From IMG/VR virus record IMGVR_UViG_3300033463_000039, positions 32,001-96,000 of that record: DNA of 64,000 bases; one strand, given 5' to 3'. Under the pieces are notes generated by a model. The model had not been told where the DNA came from and did no database searches. It saw only the letters and a program-made list of their open reading frames with translations. The stretch comes from a virus (Duplodnaviria > Caudoviricetes). Below, piece after piece: positions 1-11,009 of the stretch. The translations under genes and the position numbers were made by a program. The stretch's first letter is position 1. Each line of letters opens with the position of its first letter.

Positions 1-499
1 TGTCTGTTGAATTTTGAACAGCTGCAGTTAATGTAGCAGTTTGATTTGCATTTGATAAAGCATCTCTTGTGGTTTGAAGTTTATCACTTAATTCTCTAAT
101 ATAATTATCTTGAATTAGTTGTCTTGTTGCAGAGTTTTCTGTTGTTACTAAATTACCAATAGCAGCAATACTATTAGATATTTGTTGTTGGATATCTTTC
201 ATAGCTACTAAATTATTATAGTTAGTTGTTAAAACTGTATCATTTACACTAGCTTGACCTGCAGCTAAACCACGTAGTGTAGCATCTTGGCTCTGAAAGT
301 ATAAACTATTTTGAAGATCCGCAGTTCCTAAAGCAGCGGCAGTTCCATTTCCCCAGAAACCTCCATTTCCACCAAACAATAGGATAAAGATAATTATTAA
401 TGAAAAGATTCCCATTGAACCTCCAAACATATCATCTCCATCATGACTTTTGGTTAGCGCTAATACATCAGCAGCTGACATTCCAGTTGATTCATTCAT
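1..499 (-). CDS. Hypothetical membrane-anchored protein with Gly-rich N-terminus (3' end truncated by window edge)
   Basis: ATG at 499 with upstream AAGGGAGAG RBS. Reads MNESTGMSAADVLAL...IFSLIIIFILLFGGNGGFWGNG and stays open to base 1. Confidence 0.8.
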   Translation of the reverse strand, partial: MNESTGMSAADVLALTKSHDGDDMFGGSMGIFSLIIIFILLFGGNGGFWGNGTAAALGTADLQNSLYFQSQDATLRGLAAGQASVNDTVLTTNYNNLVAMKDIQQQISNSIAAIGNLVTTENSATRQLIQDNYIRELSDKLQTTRDALSNANQTATLTAAVQNSTD

Positions 500-586
500 G
501 TTTAAATTCTCTCCCTTCTTAAAAATATTTATATAATAAGTGCGGCAGTCGGTGCTCGCATCTCATTACCTAGATAAAAGTATCTT

Positions 587-805
587 TTAGCGGCGTCCGC
601 GCATCATATTTAACATACTTGCTAATTGTTCTTTTGTAATTCCTTTTTCATTACACATCTGCGCAATACTTTCCGCTTGTTTTTCTTCACTTAATCCACT
701 TAAATTATTAAAAATTGATTTTTGTTGTGGACTTAATAGGTTTAACAACGCTTGTAGAGGTTGTTTTGACATCATCATTTGACTTATTAGATTCTGTGCA
801 TCCAT
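587..805 (-). CDS. Small helical hypothetical protein (Gln/Met-rich)
   Basis: 72-aa ORF, co-oriented with neighbours, TAA stop. Confidence 0.7.
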   Translation of the reverse strand: MDAQNLISQMMMSKQPLQALLNLLSPQQKSIFNNLSGLSEEKQAESIAQMCNEKGITKEQLASMLNMMRGRR

Positions 806-1169
806 TATTTATTTTTTCCTCCAATCCCTTAATTTTAGCTTCTAATTCTTCTATCTTAACATCTTTTGGGTCTTTAGGTATTACAATATCATAAGTTTTA
901 GATATTTCTCCATCAATTTCTTTTAAAGATATTTTAGAATTATTTTCATCTATAAAAAGTGTCCTTTTAGTAATTATTATATTAGATATATCTTCATCAT
1001 TTTTTAAAAATTTAACATCAATATCTGTTCCTGAATTAGAAGTATTAATTATATTTTGTACAGGTGGTTGTTGTTGTATAGTAGCATATTGATTAATCAT
1101 ATTATCAATGTTTTCTTTTTGTCTGTATAATTGATTAATCATTCCATTATAATTATTATATGGTGTCAT
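708..1169 (-). CDS. Hypothetical protein with C-terminal coiled coil
   Basis: 153-aa ORF with AAAGGAG RBS. It overlaps the next gene by 98 bp. Confidence 0.75.
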   Translation of the reverse strand: MTPYNNYNGMINQLYRQKENIDNMINQYATIQQQPPVQNIINTSNSGTDIDVKFLKNDEDISNIIITKRTLFIDENNSKISLKEIDGEISKTYDIVIPKDPKDVKIEELEAKIKGLEEKINNGCTESNKSNDDVKTTSTSVVKPIKSTTKINF

Positions 1170-1192
1170 TTAATTACTCCTTTCCTAATAAA

Positions 1193-1238
1193 CGAAAAAA
1201 GCCGAGCAAAAGGAAAATGAATACCTATTGCTCGGCTT
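1193..1238 (-). terminator. Intrinsic terminator/attenuator hairpin in the leader of the 1169 gene
   Basis: 11-bp stem AAGCCGAGCAA/TTGCTCGGCTT followed by a U tract on the - strand. Confidence 0.7.
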
Positions 1239-1443
1239 AATTTATTCTTATTTTATTAAGTCAGTATATGTAATTTAAATTCAATCCATTTTCCTTTATT
1301 CATTTAAATAAGAGAGTAAGCTAATAATATAAAATTTTCTCTACTCACACTTTTTTATGATTTGACTTATCTCTATTGGATAAGGTTCTCATACTCTTTC
1401 TCATTACTTTTAGAATTTTATTATTATCTTTCCTCTTACATTA

Positions 1444-1487
1444 TTATATAAAAATTTGCTTACAGATTTTAACAAAGTTTGTCCAAA
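1444..1487 (-). promoter_or_regulatory. Putative phage late-promoter motif GG-N10-TTAA-N19-ANAT (copy 1 of 7)
   Basis: TTTGGACAAACTTTGTTAA-N19-ATATAA. The same spacing occurs at six other intergenic sites in the structural region. Confidence 0.6.
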
Positions 1488-1500
1488 TTTTAAAAATTTT

Positions 1501-2205
1501 TTATGTAGCTGCAGTTAAATTTGATCCGCTTCCTAAATTATATAACCCAGCTATAAAATAATTTCCTTCTGGTAAAATATCATAATTACATAATTCTCCA
1601 TTAGAATTTAAATATGCAGTATAATTATTTTGAGAACCCAATTCATAAATTCTAAAAGCAGGAGATATAATTGGAGGCCAAACTAAATTTGTATCTGTAA
1701 AAATTGCAGTATTAGCTGGAACTTCATCAATAACTTCAAATTGAAAATTAAGATTTACAATTCCTGTTATAGAATTTGAATTGTAATAAGCATCTCCAAT
1801 AATAGAAGGAGCTTCTCCTATATATGTTGAATTTTTTGTAAAACTAACTGCTTCTTGAGAAGGAACAGCATTGCTAAGAGAAGAAACTTGAGTAATCATA
1901 TCAGAAACATCATCAGATAAATCATCAATATCTCCTTCTGCAGTAGTCATTCTTCCTGTTAAATTACTAATACTAGTTGTATGACTATTTATAGTTGTTG
2001 TATTATTACCTATATTAATAGTATTTTGATTTGTAGTAGTTGCAACTGCATCTATTGCAGTTTTAACTCCTCCGCTAGTTACTAAATGTGTACTATTAGC
2101 AGTGGGAGTTGAATCTATAAAAGTATTTTTAATAGAAAAAGTTAAATTATCATTAGAGTCAACATTTGTTACAATTTGATCTCCATTTTGTATTTTTTTT
2201 GCCAT
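1501..2205 (-). CDS. Tail-fibre-like protein (coiled coil plus beta-rich C-terminus)
   Basis: 234-aa ORF with AAAGGAG RBS. Contains DSTPTANSTHLVTSGGV, a repeat type common in phage fibres. Confidence 0.65.
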   Translation of the reverse strand: MAKKIQNGDQIVTNVDSNDNLTFSIKNTFIDSTPTANSTHLVTSGGVKTAIDAVATTTNQNTINIGNNTTTINSHTTSISNLTGRMTTAEGDIDDLSDDVSDMITQVSSLSNAVPSQEAVSFTKNSTYIGEAPSIIGDAYYNSNSITGIVNLNFQFEVIDEVPANTAIFTDTNLVWPPIISPAFRIYELGSQNNYTAYLNSNGELCNYDILPEGNYFIAGLYNLGSGSNLTAAT

Positions 2206-2224
2206 TTTTTATCTCCTTTTCAAT

Positions 2225-3268
2225 CTAATCTTCTTCTATCTTTAATTGAATTTTCTTTTCTAATTCATTATAATCTAAATTAGGTTTTTCTTTAGAAAAC
2301 ATTAATTCTATAAAGTCATCTAAAGTCATTTTAAATATAATACCTTGTGTATGTGTAGCCTTACTTAACATTGATTGTGAATAAGCATTTTTGTAATCAT
2401 CTTCACTTATATAAGGTTGAATTTGTTTATAATAATCATAGAAGAAATCTCTTGATAAATCTTCTATTGTATCTATTGTTATTTGAGGAACCTCTTTTGC
2501 AAGAGCAACATTGTAATATATAAAACAAGAGAATACAGTTTCTAATGCGGCGGCCGCTATTTCTTTCATAGTGACGCCCTCTCTTTGTGCTACATCATAA
2601 GCATGATGCAAATTATAAATATAACCTGGAGTACAGATTCCATATTCATAGTCATTATTACCTCTTCTTGTTATTGAGGTCTCATTATAATGCCATTCAT
2701 AGGTTGGGAAGGAGAAGATTTTACCGCCTTCTTCTCCCATTTCATGCAAGGCAATTAATTGACATTGAGAATTAAATCCAACATCTTCATTACTTCCTGT
2801 TGGAGTAAATCTTATATTGTGTTCTTGTAAAAAACTTCTTCTATACATATGACCAAATAATCAAACTAAGTTTGCATTTACAGGTGCTTGTTGACCTACC
2901 TCTTTTCCAATTTGTATAAATGGACTTATTACAAACTTAGCACTTGAATCTTTAAGAATTTTACTTAACATTGATAAAGAACAAGCTTCATAAAATGTAT
3001 CATCTGAATCTATGAAAGTTATATAATCTCCATTTGTATGGTCTATGCCATATTGTCTTGCATAACCAACTCCTCTATTTTCTCCATAATTAAGTTCTTG
3101 AATATCAATAAATGACTTAAATTGATTAACTATCTCTTTATAATCTTTTCCGCCATCATTGACTATTGTAACTTTTAATTCTTTTCTATTTAATTGCATA
3201 ACAATACTTGCTAAAGTTCTTATAATTGTCTCATGTGAATTGTATGCAGGAATTATTATATCTATCAT
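2225..3268 (-). CDS. Glycosyltransferase family 2 (347 aa, one TGA=Trp)
   Basis: Motifs IIIPAYN, VNDG, G.GYARQYG and FIDSDD. The two track ORFs are in frame across TGA at 2861 (NANLV-W-LFGHMYRRSFL). Confidence 0.9.
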
Positions 3269-3296
3269 TTTTATACCTTCTTTCTTTCTATTTATT

Positions 3297-4841
3297 TTAA
3301 TAAGTTCAACCTGCAGCTGTTAATTCTGTTCATCTGTTTTGATACCTTGTATTTGCAATATTTGTTGAATAAAAAGGACTTTGAGAATATGTATTTCTAA
3401 GATTTTTATATGCAGAATAAATATTAGTACTATTTAAAAGCATATTTATAATATTTTGAATAGAAGCATCTGATAAATTATTACATGCTCTAAACATACC
3501 ACTTAGATATTGTAAATTTGTTGAACTAGAAATAGAAACATCAACTAAATTATAACAATTTGTAAACATTTGTCCTGCCGACTCTTTTATTCCTAAAATA
3601 TTAATATTTGTAGCAGAAATTAAATTAAAACAATTAGTAAAAAAACCATACCCATTAGCATTTATAAAACTAATATTAGAAACATTTGTTAAATTAGTAT
3701 TTTGAAAGGCAAGAAGAGGTCCATAAAACATATTTTCAAAAATAACATTAAAAATTTTTTCTAAACCAGAATCACGAAACATTCCTGAAATATTTACATT
3801 TGATCCAAATATTTTTAAATTAGATATTTCTTTTATATTAGAACAATGGTCATACATATAACGCATATCTATAACATTAATAGTATTAAAATTAGGAATA
3901 GAAGTTAATTTTGAACAAAAATAAAACATATTACTCATATTTGTAACATTAGAAAGGTCAAAATTAGGTATAGATACTAAATTAGAACAACGACCAAAAG
4001 TAAAATATGTATTTGTAACTTTAGAAGTGTTAAAGTTAGGAACAGAAGTCAAATTATTACAAAGATTAAACATAAAACTCATATTTGTAACTTTAGAAGT
4101 ATCTAAATTGGGAATTGTATTTAAATTATAGCAAAGCTCAAACATATGACTCATATTTGTAACATTTATAGTATTTAAATTGGAAATAGAAGTTAAATTA
4201 TGACAACCGCCAAACATATTGCCCATGTCTATAACATTAGAAGTATTTAAGTCAGGAATCGTATTTAAGTTATAACAATCATCAAACATATAACTCATAT
4301 TTGTAACATTTATAGTATTTAAATTGGGAATAGAAGTTAAATTAAAACAATTAGCAAACATTCCCCCCATATTCTTTACATTAGAAGTATCTCAACTAGG
4401 AATTGTATCTAAAAACAGACAACGTTCAAACATATAATACATATTATTTACTTTAGAAGTATTTCAATCTGGTAGATTTGTATTCTTTAAATAATAACAG
4501 TTAAAAAACATACGACTCATATTTACAACATTAGATGTATTTCAATTAGGAATATTTGGGAAAGGACTTATTTGATTACATCCATAAAAAAACTCTTGTG
4601 CATTTGTTCCTAATTTTACATCTTCAGGAAATTTTTTAACTAATTTTTGAAAAGAGGTAACGTTTGTTGTTAAAACATAATAATCATTTAAATTAACTCC
4701 AGTTTGAATATTCTCTATTTTACTAGCAAAACTTCTAAAACTATCTCCACTATTAACAGTTTGTCCTTTATTAACTATTGCATTTTTTATTAAACTTTTT
4801 GTGTTACTTAAATAATTTAATTTATCTGCGGTAGTTCCCAT
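3297..4841 (-). CDS. BspA/DUF285-like leucine-rich-repeat adhesin-type protein (514 aa, 5 TGA=Trp)
   Basis: 22-aa repeats (P.W/F/L-N/D-TSNVTNMS.MF..C..L). TGA falls at the repeat's Trp position (IPN-W-NTSNV, LPD-W-NTSKV, IPS-W-DTSNV). Ends TELTAAG-W-TY-TAA. Confidence 0.9.
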
Positions 4842-6073
4842 TAAATCACCTCCCCATTAATAGCATTTAATGCACTATCTATATTTCCTATGGCTGTATT
4901 TAATTCTGATTTTGTTGCATAAGTTTCTGTTATATCATTATAATTTTTATCATAAATAGCTGTACCTGCAGAGTTAGCAGAGTTAGCAGAAGTTGCTCCC
5001 GCTGCTCATTCAGCAATACCTGCGCTAGGTGTAAAAAGTCAAATACCATCATAAAAATCATTTCATTTATAAATAGGATGATGAACATCTAATTCTATTT
5101 GATATTTACTAGAAGCCCTTCCTAAATATATAAATATAAATTCAATTACCTCAGAAGTTTCTCCCGTTTGTATTTCTATACTAGGATCTTCATTGGGCAA
5201 TTCTTGAACAATACTACTTCTTTCTAAATAATTAGATGAAGAAACATTTGCATATAAAGAAGCCCATCCATTTTGATATTGTGCTTTTATATAAACAGGC
5301 AATCCTGCTGTTAAAGCTGTAGTTCCAGCAGTCCCATCAGATTGAATATTCATTGAATATCTACAATCAAAGTTAACATGCTGATATAAGGCACTCGCAC
5401 CAGCATTACTTCCTGCACTAACAGCAGTCGTTGAACTATAATAATATATAGGAGCTCAAGGATCAAATCCATATGAATTTAATGCTTTTGCATAATTTGT
5501 AGTTGCATTATTAACATTGTTATAAGGAATTATTTGTCCTCAAGAATCAGTAAAACATAATTGATATCTATATAAAGAAGTACCAGTAGGCACCTTCAAA
5601 GTTGCATTATTATCTCTTAATTGATAAACATTTGTAGTATCATAATCTTCCATCTGTCAACAGCCAGTATAAGTTGTTGCAGATGAACTATTTGCATATC
5701 CTGTTGCGGTCTGAGTTGCATTATACGTTAAAGTAATTGTTCCTCCAACCCCATATCTAGTACTTATCATACTATTAACATTATATACAACAGGATGATC
5801 TCCTAATCCATTAACATTTAATACTGTTCCATATGTACCATTTCCAGCAACAGGAATCTTAAAAGCTATTGTTAATCCACTATATAAACTTGTTATACGA
5901 TTATCATTAACTGTTGTATATCATTTTGATGATGTATAAGGAGATGAGGTGACTGCGGCGGTCCCGCTTACGTTTGACAAGAAAAATATTCCATCAGGCA
6001 TTGATTGATTTGCATATAATTTACCTACTATTCGCGCGTCACCTGTAACTATAAGGTCTTTAAAATTTGCCAT
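4841..6073 (-). CDS. Tail-fibre/receptor-binding-like protein (410 aa under TGA=Trp)
   Basis: ATG at 6073 with AAAGGAGG RBS region. In frame with track ORF 5063-5353. TAA overlaps the next ATG (TAATG). Confidence 0.8.
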
Positions 6074-6092
6074 ATCCTTTTACCTCCTTTTC

Positions 6093-6737
6093 TTAAATTT
6101 CTATAAAATTATTAGCTATTGTATCTTGATTATTAAAGATTTTAGCTATATCTGTAGTAATTAAACTATCATTATCTATTCTAATATAAATATCTAAATA
6201 TCCAGTTGTTACTGTTAATCCATTCCAACCAGGAATTCCACTATTATAAGCAGCTCAAGCCCCAACAGCTCCTCATCAATTACCACTATTTGCATTATTT
6301 TGGCAAAGATAAGTTGAACTTGTTTTTTTATATAAACCACCCATATTACTTCCCATAGAAGAATATCCAGATGTAGTTATTTTAGTAATATCTGCTGCGT
6401 CAACATCTGCAAAAACACATGTCATTGGATTTGCAGTTTGAATTCATCTATATTTAGCTTCTGTTGCAGAAGATGTTGTCTTTTGTTTAACCATTAATTC
6501 TCATTCTGTAAAACTATTGCAAGCATTTATATTAAATCACATATCAGAATTTTTATAAACACCATTTACAAAAGTGTCTGAATCTGAAAATAAATTAGTA
6601 GATGGATTATTATGATGAAAAATTTGTAATCATATTGAACCATCAGGTTCTTCAATAGTAATAGGAGTTATAATTGTTCTAAAAGAATAATTAGAAAATT
6701 CATTACTAGATCATATTCCATTTTTATGTATGCTCAT
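6093..6737 (-). CDS. Trp-rich hypothetical virion protein (214 aa), absent from the standard-code track
   Basis: ATG at 6737 with AAGGAGG RBS. Open only with TGA=Trp (8 TGA, 1 TGG). Motifs EPDGSIWLQIFHHN and GNWWGAVGAW. Confidence 0.8.
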
Positions 6738-6740
6738 TAA

Positions 6741-8585
6741 TTATTCCTCCTTAAATTCATATGAATACATATTTCCTTCATTATCTATTATACCACTAAT
6801 TTCGTAAAGTTTCAAGATGTCATCTGCAGAAAGAGCTGTACAGTATATGCGGACGTCGCTTAGAGATCCATAGATCTGGTTTCCCGCTCCCGCAGCCGCA
6901 TTTGTTGAGCTATTTCCTATTGATGCATTTGTTCCAATCTGAATTAAATCTCCTATTGAAGATGAACTTCCATCTAAAGCTCCATTTATATATATTTTTT
7001 TAGTATTATTATTTTTATCATAAACACAAGCTATAAAAGTTCATGTATTTATATCTACTGTTCCAGTTTGGAAAAATTGACTATTTCCACCTGTATCAAA
7101 TCTAATTTTTTTGCTATCTAAATAAAAAACACTAAATCCACTTCCTACTGTTGTTCTATCATTATATAAAGCCATATTACTTGCTTGAGTTGGATTAAAT
7201 CAACAAGTAAAAGTAAATGCATCTGTTGAAGAATTCAATGGGCTTGACAGATAATGTAAATATCCATAGTCACTAAAATCAGTACTCCCCGCATATCTAG
7301 GACTATCAGTGTTAAAAACTAAACTTCCATATTGAGTTCCATTATAGTCAAAACCACTTACATCTCGAGAACATATATTATTAAAACCTAACTTATTATA
7401 ATCTGTTTCATTTATATTAGGAATCCAATAAGTAGTACCATCTGCTAGAGATAATCTAGCATTTCTATATACTCTTGTTGTAACTTCATCTCATCCTTGA
7501 GAAAGAGCAATATGTAAATTTTTATCTGTAGTACCAACATCCGGCATAGTAAAAGTTCCATAATATCTATGTCATTCTGAATCGGTCGCTGTAGTATCTT
7601 CATTAATTGGAACAAAGTTACTATAAAAAGCAGTTCCTGTTCCTTGATAAAATCCTCTTATTCTTGCAGTTGTTGCTGCTCCTTTTATATCAATACTAAA
7701 AGTAACTTTTGTTCCAGCTGGAATTAAAGTATTAGCATTTTCTAAATCAATCATTCTTCCATTATTAGGATTTCCTGTTTGATTTCCTGGAGTCGTAACA
7801 GAAAATCCTTCTGAAGTAAAAGAAGATGAGTTAACATTATTAATTGTTCCAACACTTCAATTTCTAGTATTAAAACTTGTTGGAGATTCTGTTAAACGAG
7901 AAGGATAAAGTAAATTCGGATTAGCTCCAACACCTTCCAATTTATAATGAGCACATAAACCTTTAGCAATTTCTTTAATTTGTTTTTGTGATAAACATTC
8001 ATTATATATTCTTACATCATTCATATATCTTTGAGAACTTGTTGAAATTACATTTGTTTCATAATTAAACCCAGTATATTGAGAATAATTCATGGTTTTT
8101 CCTGTTAAAGTTGCATATAAATTTCCATTTTTATAAATTTTAACCTCTCCAGGTTTGTAAGTAACTGCTAAATGAATTCAAGTTCTAACTTCAAAAAAAT
8201 CTGCTCAAACCCCTCCAACAGTAGTTTCTGTTGTTGTTTTTTCTACATTTGTATATTTAATTCAACTTAAATGCAAATCATCTGCATTTGGATATTGAAA
8301 AATGCTATATAATCGAGGATTTGTTGAACGACCAAAAAAACAATTATTTCCACTTACTACAGTGCCTGCATCAACAGGAATATAAATTCAACAACAATAA
8401 CTAAAAGCTTCATCTGAAAAAAGTTCTTCTGCTTGCTCAGAAGTTCATTTAAAACCTCCTGTAGTTAAACATTGTCCTGTTTTTCCATTTGTATAGGCAG
8501 GAGTTGTTACTATTGTTCCTTCTGCATTTCCAATTCCTTGATTATGTATATGTCCATTAAGAGGATATCATGCTATTAATGCCAT
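6741..8585 (-). CDS. LamG/concanavalin-A-like lectin domain protein (614 aa)
   Basis: MALIAWYPLNG, WIHLAVTY, MNDVRIYNECLS and SLSDVRIYCTALS indicate two LamG-type domains. Track fragments are in frame. Confidence 0.85.
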
Positions 8586-8596
8586 TTAATTACCTC

Positions 8597-9466
8597 CTAT
8601 GCAAAAACAAACTCTATACATTTGTCTGTTGAATTATATTGCATTGTTGCGGCAGTCCCGCCAACTTGCACTGATTTAGTAGTTAAAACACCACTTGTTG
8701 CATAAACCTCATTATCTGAATAAGTCTGTGGATTAGCTGCTTGACTTGTTGCTCCAACTAAATATATCTTAGATGATGTATCTGTTGAGCCTGTAGTATT
8801 TTTTGTATCTGCTCAATGTGTCCAAGAAATTGATGATGTATTATAATCAACTGTTGCTATATATGGATAATTATCTCCTTGAACCCAACATATTAATTTA
8901 TATCTATAATCAGTAGTTGAAGCAAACCTATTCATATAAACTTCACAAACAAAACCTGCATCTGTATTTCCTGTAGGCTTATCACTTATTCCACTAGAAC
9001 CACCATCATATTTACATATTCACCTACAATATTGTTTATAATTAGTGGAACTAACTACTAATGCTTTTGTCCTATCTAATAAAGAAATATTTGTACTAGT
9101 TATATCTACACTTTCTATATCTACTTTTTTATCTATGTTTGTAGAAACTGTATTAATTTGATCTGTTACATAATTATAAATAGTTTGTCCTGTAACTAAT
9201 CCAGTTGCTGTACTACTAATACCTACATTTATAGATTTTATTGCTGCTTCTCCTAGCTGGGCAATTCCATTTTGATCAACGACAGAATAAAAAGCATCTC
9301 CAGTTTCTGTTAATTTTGTATATCCTACGTCAGCAACTCCACCCGCATCGCCAGGAATTAAATATAATTCATTTGGATTAACTTTTCCTTCATCTACTAA
9401 ATAATCAAAAACATCTTGGTTAGCAACTTTATTTATAACAAGGTTTGGTATATTATTTTCTGTCAT
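8597..9466 (-). CDS. Tail-associated hypothetical protein (289 aa)
   Basis: ATG at 9466 after AAGGAGG. Reads through TGA at 9020 to TAG at 8597. Confidence 0.75.
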
Positions 9467-9512
9467 ATACTTTAAGCCTCCTTTTATTTCCAAAAATTAA
9501 TTAATTTCTATT

Positions 9513-9556
9513 TTATATGAAAAAAACTTAAATATAATTAAAATAATTAGGCCAAA
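9513..9556 (-). promoter_or_regulatory. Putative late-promoter motif
   Basis: TTTGGCCTAATTATTTTAA-N19-ATATAA, just downstream of a terminator. Confidence 0.6.
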
Positions 9557-9558
9557 AG

Positions 9559-9589
9559 AAAAAAGGATAGATTTTTTAATCTATCCTTT
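9559..9589 (-). terminator. Intrinsic terminator
   Basis: AAAGGATAGATT/AATCTATCCTTT stem followed by a U tract. Confidence 0.75.
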
Positions 9590-10996
9590 AACTCAATTTT
9601 TAGTTGAATCAAACACATTTGTTAAATCTGATTGTTGAACTCAACTACCATTAACTTTTTTATATGCTTTTGAACATTGTGTTCAATTTCCATTCACTTT
9701 AAAATATAATTTTGATTGTGAACCACCACCGCCAATAGTAACAGCAATAGTAGCATTTCCGCTAACAGTATATGAATAAGTATAATAATTAAGAGTTCCT
9801 CCATAAGTATAGGTTACTTTTCAAGTTATACCTAAAATTCTTCCTCCATAATAGCCAACTATAAATCTTAATTGTGCATCTTGGAGATCTTCTCTTGTTC
9901 AGGTTCCTGGATCGTTAATTGTTATAGTTTGATTGCTAGTACTAGTAAAAGATTGTCGAGTAGATTTTAATTCACTTCCACAATATAATTCTATATCTGC
10001 ATGTCTAGCACTTTCTGAAGTACTTTCTGTTGCCCCATAGCATTTAACTTCTACCGCAGTTACTTCTGCATCATTAGGTAATCCACTAAAATCAAAAGGA
10101 TAATTCATTCATCCCATTGTATTAGCATCATTAGTTCCATCTTTTACATAAGTATTACTTGTATTAGAAGTAGAATAAGGACTTTCTGCAGAATGTCCAA
10201 TAGCATATCTCAATCAAGCATCACTTGATGTACTAGAATTTTGATAAAAGGCTCCTCCACTTCTATAAAACCCTGTCGTTACATCACTTCCTGCGACAGC
10301 GGAAGAGCTAGTAGAGGTTCCTCCTGAATAATGACCTATTAATTCAGAAGTTACATCTATTCCATTATTAGTTACTGTAACTGTATCCGATTTTGTTGTT
10401 GGAGTTATTGTTAAAGTATATTCATCTCCATCATAATATGTCTGTGCTCCACTTGGACTTATTGTACCATTTCCGCTCAATGTAGTAGTAATAGTTCTAG
10501 GGTCAGGATTTGTATAATCTACTTCAATTTCAGCACCATAACAATAAAAATAACCTGTTGTATTTCTACTTGATCTTCTAACATAAATCATAATAGTAAA
10601 ATCATCATCATAATTTGCTATTTGTTGTCATGTTAAAGCACCAGTTGGAATAGTAATTGTTGTTACAGAAGTCCCAAAGTTTGTACTCGCAGTTGTATTA
10701 GAAATAGCAGAAGTTCCATTTGCTAATCTAGGTGCATAAGATGTATTTGTTGATAATCCACTTTCAGAACCTTTTATTTTTACTGTAAAAGAATTTATTA
10801 CAGCTCCACTAGGAATATCATCAAAATTAAAACCTCTTAAATATAAATATCTTGAAGAGGTAGATGCATAAGTATTTGTAATAGTTGCATATGTAGTGTT
10901 ATCTGTATTATGATACATATTTTCAGCATTAGATACAGATAAATAATTCGTACTTGAAACTGCATATGTACTTGGTACTAATCTAATTGTTGCCAT
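9581..10996 (-). CDS. Beta-rich tail/adhesin protein with duplicated domain (471 aa)
   Basis: Three track ORFs share one frame across TGAs. Internal repeat GFNFDDIPSGAVI / PFDFSGLPNDAEV. TAG stop at 9581. Confidence 0.8.
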
Positions 10997-11009
10997 TTTC
11001 TACCTCCTT

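Noticed and set aside
3297-4841. Diversity-generating retroelement TR/VR pair
   Set aside because: The repeats are in-gene LRR units, and there is no separate non-coding template repeat or reverse transcriptase in the window.
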